The notes under the pieces: generated by a model | What the model was told of the DNA's origin: nothing | Seen by the model: only the letters and a program-made list of their open reading frames with translations | Databases searched by the model: none | Shown here: positions 1-8,865 of the stretch, one piece after another | How positions within the stretch are numbered: the first letter of the stretch is position 1 | How the letters are laid out: each line of letters begins with the position of its first letter | Source of the DNA: Blastocladiella emersonii ATCC 22665 | Taxonomy: Eukaryota > Fungi > Blastocladiomycota | DNA length: 64,000 nt | NCBI GenBank assembly: GCA_025594325.1 | Contig: JANHCV010000004.1 | Location: 1,984,001 to 2,048,000, forward strand | Reading direction: 5' to 3' | Position numbers and translations under genes: made by a program

Positions 1-703
1 AACGAGAGAAAGTAGCCAATGTTGATCCCAATCGTCTGGCACGTTGACGCGAACTGCATGTTCTCGCGCGACAGCAGCGTCAGCGCCCAGCCGTCGACGG
101 CAATGTCTAGACGCGGGTTGGAACTGAGTGAGCAAAGCGCACAGCATCGCGCGACGAGCGGGCAGTCGTACCCTGCGTCGCACACAGGAAGATGACCGAG
201 AACCAGATCGCCGTGATCGCGTAGACGTTGATGCTCACAGCGTCGCCGCCCATGAGCGTGTCGATGTTGTTGCTGAGCCAGTAGAACATGACGCCCGTGA
301 GAAGCTGGATCGGGATGATCCAGCTCTTGCGGCGGCCAATCGACTTGACGAACACCGAGTCGACGATGGGCGACCACAGCAGCTTCAAGCTGTACGGGTA
401 CCCCGCGAGCGAGAAGACCGCCATGTCCGAGAACGACAGCTTCTGCTTGAGCAGGAACGGCAGCGTGCCGAACGCCAGCCCGACGGGGACGCCCTGCAGC
501 ATGTACAGCAGAATCAGCAGCACGATGTTGCCCGCGTCGTTCTTCGGCAGGAAGCCAAAGTAGTAGTCGGCCGGCAACGTCGGGATGAAGGCGGACGGCG
601 CAGCAGCATCCTTGAGCGGGACAGACTCGTCGGTCGGCGACCCGGCGCCGCCGGCCTCCTGGTCGCGCGCCTTCCGCCGCATGGTCGGAGTGTTGCGGCC
701 CAT
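1..703 (-). CDS. SLC33A1: Acetyl-CoA transporter (AT-1/SLC33A1-like, MFS), 5' part; runs off the left edge of the window
   Basis: Translation contains LLYMLQGVPVGLAFGTLPFLL, YPYSLKLLWSPIVD and GRRKSWI. Removing a GT-AG intron at 107-171 restores ATQ|DIAVDGWALTLLSRENMQFASTCQTIG, typical of this family. ATG at 703 or 682. Confidence 0.9.
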
Positions 704-988
704 GTGGGTGAGCAAGTGCGTGATACGTTGCAGGTCTAGCCGGTTGCGTGAAGCGAGAGAGAGCGAGGGCGGCCGCCGCAAGGGACGAACGAGTGCGAAC
801 GAACGAGTGCCAGCGTGGCGCCCGCGGCAGAGTCCGCAGCGCCGAGGCGCCACGCGGATGGGAGTGGCAGGGATCCGCGGCGCGTCCTGAAACGGGACGC
901 GTTTTTGCCGACGTTTCAGCCGCCTCGGGTCCGGCACTCGAGTTCGTCGTGGAAAAGAGTTGTATTGTCATGGTCTCGGTAAATAGGC

Positions 989-2495
989 TCAGATTCCCGG
1001 CTTGGAAGCCGACTTGGCCGTGAAATCGAGCCACGGCAACAGCCGCGCGGCCTTGCTGCGGTACTGCTTGTCCACGGCCAGAATGATCAGCGGGTCGAAG
1101 GCGGTCCCCGCGCACATCCAAAAGTTGAGAACTACATGTCGGAATGAGTCAGAGTTAGTTGTGCGCGAGTCGCGGTGGTTGTCGCAGCGTGATCGTACCT
1201 TGATCCATCCAGCTCGGTACACGCGTCCCCGTCCCCGTCGAGTGCACGAGAAGTGCGATGAAAAAGACCCAGGTCATGCTGAACGGCGCAAACGTCAGGA
1301 TCCCGCGCCGCAGGAGCAGGGCCTCGGTGCGGAGCAGCGCGAGCTCGTCCTTGTCCTTGGTCGCGACCTTTTTCTTGGACGAGTTGGCGGGGGATGGCAC
1401 AACTGCGCTCGGGGCTGCGGCAGGAAGAAGCGCACGAGGAGATGGCGGCGCCGTAATCGTCGACGTCGGCGAGGTATCAGAGCTGCCCCCGTTACTGTGC
1501 GGTCCAGACGAAGCCTCGGACTCGGTCCACGGTATCCCGCGCGAGCTCGACGAGCGGAACATGTCGCGGAAGCGAGGCAGCTTGACCTGCTTCTCAGCCG
1601 GCCCGTTGTGCGCGCGGACCGACTTGAGGCGCCGGAAGTTGGACCGCAGCGTCACGATGATTCCGCCGTACGCAACTAGACACGCTTCGCGGTCAGCCAC
1701 GACGAGTGGGCAGCGTGAAATGGCGTACCGATGATGGCGACGACGTTGATGATGATCAAGTTGATGGCGACGATCGAGAGCGCGAAAATGTACCCCGAGC
1801 TGTCGAACCCGGGACAGCAGTAGAGCCCCGAGTTGGAGATGACCGGGTTCGGCGCGACCGCCCAGTGGATTGCCGTGTTGGCTGCCCCGATGGCCCAGCT
1901 CAGGCCGCCTGCGAACCAGGCGAACCGGATCGTCATCTTCTTCATGACCACAATGGCCATGTAGCGCTCCATTGAAGCGAAGAATAGGACGATCAGGTAG
2001 CTGATGGTTACAAGGACGACCGTGGTTAGCGGGACGCGTCAGTGATGATGGCCGCGCGAAGCATCATCGCACCTCGTGAGCATGAACGAGTGGATGCTCC
2101 CGTCGAGAATGCAGTGCGTGAACGACCACTGCTGGTCCGCGATCAGCACGGCCTTGGTCACCAACGTGGTTGCCGCATAGACAAAGCTCGAAATGCTAAG
2201 CAGGTTCGCACAATTAGCAGGGTGCTGTTCAAATGACAAACCAATTGAGACAGGCTCACCCGAGCAGTGTACTCAGCACGTTGGCCGGGTTCGCGTTGAA
2301 CCATCGTGACTTGAACGCGACGAACAGAAAGAGCCCGCCCGTCAAGGTCCCGATAACGGCCTGCACGAGATTGAGGTACAGCAGCGGCACCGCATCCTCG
2401 ATCCGCGTTGCGAACTCGAGCGGGTTCCACTCTGCTTTCGTGCGACCGAGCAGGACGCCGATGCTGTCCGTGGTCCAGTGAGGGTTTCGCGACAT
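989..2495 (-). CDS. 7TM receptor, class-A/rhodopsin-like GPCR candidate, copy A (multi-exon)
   Basis: Exons give hydrophobic segments with WSFTHC (ECL1 to TM3 Cys), IERYMAIV (DRY-like), SNSGLYCCPGF (ECL2 Cys), FAPFSMTWVFF (TM6) and DPLIILAVDKQYR (TM7/helix 8). Clear paralogue of copies B and C. Confidence 0.7.
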
Positions 2496-2642
2496 GTCGG
2501 ATGCGTCAAGTTACATGGTCTCTCCGTTTTTTTTCGGTGAACCAGGCGAAATCAGATGTCTGTCGCGGGCCATCGGCGGCAGCGCGTGAATGTGTTTCGA
2601 TGGGAGACACGCGTATATTTTGCACGATTGCGACCAAAACAC

Positions 2643-4336
2643 TCATTTCTCGGACTTGGAGCGGAACAGACGCGTGATGTTGAGCCACGGCAGCGCGCGC
2701 CCGGCCTCGCGGCGGAAGTTGCGATCGACTGCGAGGATGATGAGCGGCTCGAGCGTCGGGCCCATGCACATGGCCGTGAACATGACTACAACAGTTTCAA
2801 TCAGTACTCCATCACACTTGCCGAGCTGCGAAAAATGACGCGGCGTACCTTGATCGTACCAAGCCGGGACCCGCGTGCCCGTGCTGACCATGTGCGTGAT
2901 GTGAGCGACCAGCATGAACCACGTTACGCTGAACGGCGAGAAGACGAGGATGCCGCGGCGAAGAAGCAACGCTTCGGTGCGGAGAAGGAAGAGCTCGTCC
3001 TTGTCGCGCGCGGGCTTCTTGGTCTTGGTGCTGGGGCGACTGCCGCGGAGCTTGGCGCGGCCGAGATGAGAGCACGCGTCGTCGAAGCGGACGCGATCGA
3101 GTCGGGGCTGGTGGCGACGGGCACAGCAGGACTGACAGAAGTCCGGGCACTGCGGCCAAGGGTGCTGACCGGGACCGGCGCCACAGCCGCTTTGCTCGTG
3201 CTGTTCGTGTGAGACGACGGTTCGGCGCTGGTGTGATAGCTCGCAGTACCGCTGCCCGACCCAGTACCGAAACCAGACGTGGTTCCCGCATCGGTCTGCG
3301 ACTGCGACTGCGACTGCGACTCGGAGCGGGAGCGCGAGCGGGAACTCGACGAGCAGAAGATGTCGCGGAAGCGCGGGGCCGTGGTCATCGATCTGGTAAA
3401 CAGGCTGCCACGGTGCTCACCAGCCGTCGAGGTCCCGCCGAGCGGCTGCTTGCGGTTGGCCTTGATCTGGCGGTAGTTTGCGCGAAGCTTGGAGATGATC
3501 GAGCCGTAGGCGACTAGACAGCAGGCGTGTCAGATGATCTCGTCTGCGATCGACTAGTTGAGCGTACCGAGAATGGCAAAGGCGTTGACCACGACGAGCG
3601 AGGCGTCGATGATGGAGAAGGCCAAAGCGGGTCCCGAGAGCCCGAAGCCGGGTGAGCAGTAGATGCCGGCGTTGGAGATGATGGGCATCGTGATGGTGAT
3701 CCAGTGTGCAGACGTGGTGATCCCTGCGACGACCCACCCAATCACGGTCGCGGTCCAGACAAACTTGAGCTCGACCTTGGACGACAGCACGATGGCCTTG
3801 TACCGCTCCAGCGATGTGAAGAGGAGGATGATCAGGTAACTAGAGCGAACGAGAAGCGCGTGTGAGATCCGCGCTGGATTCGGCGGTAGCTCGCGCAGCG
3901 TACCTCGAGAGGATGAACGGATGCAGGGTGCCATCGAGGATGCAGTGCATGAACGACCACTCGCGGCGCGCGAGAAGAGTGACCCTCGACATGAAGATCG
4001 TGATGGCGTAAACGGTCGACGTGATACTGAGATGGAGGGAGGGAGTCAGCTCTCGTGTCAGTGAGCCGCGCGTGGACATTAAACAACCGAGTAGATGTAC
4101 CAGAGCTGCGTGGACAGCAGGTTCGCGGCATTCTGTTTGTACCAGCCCGATCTGAACGCGACATAGAGGAACAGCGGACCGGCCAAGAGACCGGTCGAGA
4201 TCTGGACCGTGTTGAGCGTCGCCCACGAGAGCACCACCTCGAGCGGCGTCTCGAAGTTGAGCGGTTCCCACTCGGCCTGGGTCCGGCTCAGCAGTTTGCT
4301 GGCATCGTTTGTAGTCCAATGTGGATTGATTTGCAT
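2643..4336 (-). CDS. 7TM receptor, class-A-like GPCR candidate, copy B (multi-exon)
   Basis: MQINPHWTT N-terminus, WSFMHC, LERYKAIV, SNAGIYCSPGF, FSPFSVTWFML, EPLIILAVDRNFR. Colinear with copy A. The Ser/Gln-rich third loop includes a short (GCGACT)n tract near 3299-3320. Confidence 0.7.
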
Positions 4337-4556
4337 GGTGTCGCGACGCTTTTCATTCAAAGTGCAAGGAGTGTGGAGAGCGGACGTGCGGCCTGTAATT
4401 GTCGCGCGTGTGTCCGCACCCGAGCGAGGGACAAGGCGCGGTGCAAGACGTGTCCACGCGTCTCTCCGCGTGCCCATTGAGGCTTACGCCCGATGGCCTT
4501 GATCACGATGGCGGTCTGAGTTCGTGCGCGTGTCGCGTGGCTTGCCAGCGCGTCAG

Positions 4557-4581
4557 TTTATCACGTGTGGGTGCGAGACAC
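4557..4581. promoter_or_regulatory. Conserved upstream motif of 7TM copy B (E-box CACGTG plus GCGAGACAC)
   Basis: TTTATCACGTGTGGGTGCGAGACAC, about 220 bp upstream of the copy-B ATG. Nearly identical to 8716-8738. Confidence 0.45.
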
Positions 4582-6030
4582 GCGCAATTGATCCCGCGGC
4601 GAGCGCGAATGAGTCGTCGTCGCGTCTTGCCGTCGTCACGGTTGCTCACCATCAAATTCCATCAAGAGCTCAAAAATGAGAGAGTGGTAGAGCAGACTGG
4701 CTGATGGTTGTGGCGGCGTCGATCACAAATGATGTTGAAGCACGACCAACAGTTGAGAAAACAGGGGCAAGTCGCCCGATCTGAGCAGCTCAGAGTACCG
4801 GTGGTTGCATGGTTCAGGGACAAACAACTTCGGCTCAACTGTGCGATGCTCCGTGGAGACAATGAACACGAGGATGAGGTTTCGCCGCACCTGGCGAGCG
4901 AGTTCCGCTCGCTAACGATGATGGGCGTCCTCGCGTGTCTGGACGACGATGTAGACGAGGAATATAGAGACTCCCAATAATTTCTTGAACAAGGTACAAG
5001 TGGATATCACCTAATCGACTACAAATAAGTAACTCAGGCGCTGGAATGCGAACGAACAAGTCGGTTTGGACTGACCCACGGCAACGCGCGCGCGGCCTCG
5101 CGACGGAACTCGCGATCAGCTGCGAAAATGGTGAGCGGCGCGAGAGCGGGAGCGGTGCACATGGCCGTGAAAAGGACTACATCGGTAGCGATATCAGTGT
5201 CCGATCACGCTCACTGAGAACGAATCAATGAAGCCATACCTTGGTCGAACCAGCTCGGCGAACGTTTTCCCCTACTGAGCATGTACACGATTTGCGCCAA
5301 GATCAAGCTTAGAATGACGCTGAACGGCACGAAGACGAGCACGCTACGACGGACTAGAAGCGCTTCGGCGCGGAGCAGGGAGAGCGCGTCTTTGCTGGTC
5401 ACGGTGGCCATAGGGCGAGGCAGACTTGGAGGAGCAGCCGCGGGGCTTGGTGCTGCTTGGACGGACGCGCGTATTGCTGACTCAGGCGTAGCCAAATCTC
5501 TACCAGCACTACGGCCGAGGGTGCTGCCCAAGGGCTGAACTGCAGGGTTACGCGTATTGTTTGTGAAATCAATGGACGACGGCTCAGCGGCAGTGCGATT
5601 GCTGGGAACTCCGCCGTCTGACAGAGCACATGGATTGGACACTGTTTCCGTCTCAAGTTGCTGCTTGGAATGCCGACGGGTCCAGGAAGTTGGCGCGAAG
5701 ATGTCGCGAAAGCGCGGAGCTTGGTCCGTCGATCCGGAGCTGCTGCGAAGCTCGCCAGATTTTGATGCCAAATTAACGTGTAGCTTCCTGGCAGCAAGAA
5801 TCAAGCCGTGCTCCTCGCGGAGCTTGGTAAAGATGAAACCGTACGCGACTGCACAAGGATCAGGTTAGAGGAGTCGTTTGAACGCGTCCAGCGAGCGTAC
5901 CTAACATGAAGAAACAGTTGGAAGCAAGGAGCGACGCCTCCAAAACGGACAACGGCATATTCAACGTCAAGAGACCGTGGGCGGTCGAGCAGAAGATACC
6001 AGCGTTTGAGAGGATGGGCGTAGGCTTGTA

Positions 6031-7626
6031 CCGTATTCCGCAACTTACAAGAGAAACGCGTCCGAACAAGGGTCACCCCACAGCGGATAAGCAATGTGGG
6101 ATTTTGATCGGGTGAGTCGCCGGCGGGCACACGTGGGCCAGCGAGCACGCGCGAGCGCGCCACCTCTCGCCGTCCGCCGTCCAGCCCGCTGCGATCCTTT
6201 CTCCCGCACACGAGAGTGAATGATTTGGTAGAACGACGATGAAATGGCTGATCACGGTATAGACTTCTCGTGTGACATTATCAACTGCCCGAACAACTTC
6301 CACGAGAAGTGTCAGCGCTGCTGCAAGGACCTGTGCGAGGAGCACGCCGACCCGTGCCACTCGTGCGGGCACCCTGATGACGTGAAGCCCGCACCAGGCG
6401 CTGAAGCCCGCCCGCCCGCGCAGCAGCGCACGCGTCGCCCGGCGGCGGCGGCCGCGGCTGCGGCGCCGCCGCCTGGCACCAGCGAGCACCGCCACTTGAA
6501 GCGGATCGCTGCGAACCGCGCCGCCGCTGCTGCTTCCGCTGCCTCTGCGGCCGCGGCCGCGGCCGCGGCCGCATCTTCCCCGCCTTCCGAGGGTGCCGCC
6601 GCCGCGCCAGCGACCCGTAGCCGCAGCGAAAAAGGCGCAGATCGGGACGCAGCCACGGGCAAGAAGGCGAAGGCCAGGCGCAAGAGGCGCGCGCAGCCAT
6701 CGCCTCCGCCCTCGCCCCCGCCCGCTGCGCCCGAACCGCCCGTCGTGCTTCCCAATCTCCCGCCCGCGCAGCACTCTGCTATCATGCGGGTGAACCACGA
6801 CTTTGTCGACCACGCCAACTGCGGCCTGTTCACCGTCGTGTGGCTCCTCCGCCGCTACGGCAACTCGTGCGCGAGGCACGACCCATGCGCCGTCGTAGCC
6901 GTAGCCGGGTTGCTGAGGCAGCGGCGCCGCCGGCGTGGCCGAGGCAGAAACGGTGCCGTCGTGCGAGCGCCAAGAACGACGGGGAGCGGTGGCAGGGGCG
7001 GCGGGCACGAACGCGTTCGCTGGCGTGGCCGGCCACGATTGCGCGTGCCGTTGTGGTGGCGGGTGACGGTGTTGGGGTGGATGCGACCAGTGCGGTGGGT
7101 ATGGAGGGTTTGGCGGGTGGTGGCGATAGGAGGAGGCGACATCGACGGCGACGCGGTCGAGGTGCTGGGGCGGGGGATGATGACTCGTGCCGCCGTCCCA
7201 GTCCGTCGGGGAGCGCAGGAAGCGGTCGGCGGGGTGCGAGTCGTAGTCGTAGCCGCCGCGGACGTTGAACATGGTGTAGAGTTGTGCGGGTTCAGGGCTT
7301 GGGCGAGGCAGTGGTGCCGCGGGTTGTGGGCGCGGGGGCTCAGGCACTTTATAGGCGAGGGGCGTCGCCGCAAGCGGTCGCTGGAGGCCCCGAGACAGGC
7401 TTTTCGAAGGAAATGCATTGGCTTCTAACATGGAGAAGGTTTATTCGAGGAAGAAGGGGAGGAGAGACAAAGTGGGACGGCGGACGGCGAGAGGTGGCGC
7501 GCTCGCGCGTGCTCGCTGGCCCACGTGTGCCCGCCGGCGACTCACCCGATCAAAATCCCACATTGCTTATCCGCTGTGGGGTGACCCTTGTTCGGACGCG
7601 TTTCTCTTGTAAGTTGCGGAATACGG
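6031..7626. mobile_element. Non-autonomous Tc1/mariner-superfamily (Tc2/pogo-like, CCGTA-ended) DNA transposon
   Basis: 152-bp terminal inverted repeats (6031-6182 and 7475-7626) starting CCGTATTCCGCAAC. TA target duplication at 6029-6030 and 7627-7628. No DDE transposase is recognisable inside. Confidence 0.9.
6244..7428 (+). CDS. Cargo ORF inside the transposon with a Cys/His-rich (zinc-finger-like) N-terminus
   Basis: CDIINCPNNFHEKCQRCCKDLCEEHADPCHSCGH followed by Ala/Pro/Lys-rich sequence. The C-terminal part looks like the antisense of an opposite-strand Pro/His-rich ORF. Confidence 0.35.
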   Translation: MADHGIDFSCDIINCPNNFHEKCQRCCKDLCEEHADPCHSCGHPDDVKPAPGAEARPPAQQRTRRPAAAAAAAAPPPGTSEHRHLKRIAANRAAAAASAASAAAAAAAAASSPPSEGAAAAPATRSRSEKGADRDAATGKKAKARRKRRAQPSPPPSPPPAAPEPPVVLPNLPPAQHSAIMRVNHDFVDHANCGLFTVVWLLRRYGNSCARHDPCAVVAVAGLLRQRRRRRGRGRNGAVVRAPRTTGSGGRGGGHERVRWRGRPRLRVPLWWRVTVLGWMRPVRWVWRVWRVVAIGGGDIDGDAVEVLGRGMMTRAAVPVRRGAQEAVGGVRVVVVAAADVEHGVELCGFRAWARQWCRGLWARGLRHFIGEGRRRKRSLEAPRQAFRRKCIGF

Positions 7627-8715
7627 TACATCCATTGAGCAGCAGTGAGGAATGCTGCAGCAAACCAGATGAGCCTGCTCAGGATCCGTGCAGTCCGAGG
7701 TTGAATTTGCCACGATTCCACAAGGAATAGTATGTACAAGTAGCTACAAGGTACCGGAATCGGTTGTGAGCTCTTATCATGATGAGCCAATGCAAGCCGC
7801 GTTACCTCATAAATGCGAACGGGTAGACCACGCCGTCAAGCGTGCAATGGAGGAAGGACCACTCGCGGCGAACGAGTAAGGTAACTTGCGAGACGAAGAT
7901 CGCAACGGCGTACAGGGTCGACGTGGTGTAGCGCATGCATGGAGGAAGACCGAGTGAGTGCTAAGTTCAATCATTCGAGAAACAGCATAACCGAACCATA
8001 AGTAAGTTTGGCGCCATGTCAATTGAAACAGCGGTACCTGATGAAAACGAATACGTGGAGCGAGCCGTCAAGAGCCGTCAAGAGTGCAGTGGGTCAGCGA
8101 CCACTCACGCGCACGAGGAATGTCACCCTTGAGACTAAGCTCGTGATGGCGTACACGGCCGACGTGAAGCTATAAATGTGTTGAGAACTGGGTCAATGTG
8201 ATGTTCAAGCATCAGACAGCATTGGACACGTACCACTGCTGCGTCGCCAGCATCTTCGCGGCACCCCGTTTGCACCAGCCCGACTTGAGCGAAAGGTAGA
8301 GAAGCAACACGTCGGCCAGGATACCAGAACAGCTTAGAAATGAAATGCATCAAGAGTTGCCCACGGAAGAGCCGCCTCAACGGGGGACTCAAAGTCGAGC
8401 GGCTGCCACGCGGTCCGCGTGCGATTCACCAACGTGCTGACGTTGTTTGTTGTCCAATTGGGATTTAATTGCATGGTGAAGTAGTGCAGCTCAAATAGGT
8501 CCAAAGAGAGAGCGGAAGTGAAGGAATTGCTCCCGTAGTGCGAGCATGCACTCACCAAGGCTTGACACAGGGCCGTGCGACACGACTTGAGTGCAGGGCT
8601 GCGTGACTGACATAGGGACACGCATTCCCATCGGGAAACTCCCTACGTTGCTCTCTCGTTAGATTTGAACGCGTCAAAAGTGGAGCAAAGCTCGCGTGAG
8701 CCCGAGACGCGTCGA

Positions 8716-8738
8716 TTTATCACGTGTGTGCGAGACAC
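8716..8738. promoter_or_regulatory. Conserved upstream motif of 7TM copy C, also in the divergent OXP1 promoter region
   Basis: TTTATCACGTGTGTGCGAGACAC, about 240 bp upstream of the copy-C ATG. Confidence 0.45.
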
Positions 8739-8865
8739 TTCGTGACCGGGTGATACCGCGGGCGTGGCTGGTCGGCCCGTCGAGCCGGGCTGCGTGCCGG
8801 GTCGCCGCCTGGGTCTAAATACTCCTCCCTCTCAACGTCAGCTTGGATATTTGCAAGCAGGAACC

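Larger units (their letters stand above)
5034..8474 (-). pseudogene. 7TM receptor copy C, pseudogene interrupted by a DNA transposon
   Basis: MQLNPNWTT start at 8474. Frameshift with TAA at 8334-8336 in exon 1. The ERY segment appears deleted in frame. A 1,596-bp insertion sits at 6031-7626; removing it plus one TA restores AAQWMYKPTPILSNAGIFCS, matching copies A and B. Confidence 0.8.

Noticed and set aside
989-5200. Light-sensing opsins
   Set aside because: No lysine in the predicted TM7 of any copy, so no retinal Schiff base.
6244-7431. Autonomous transposase within the TIR element
   Set aside because: No HTH/CENP-B or DDE/D catalytic motifs in any frame I could read.
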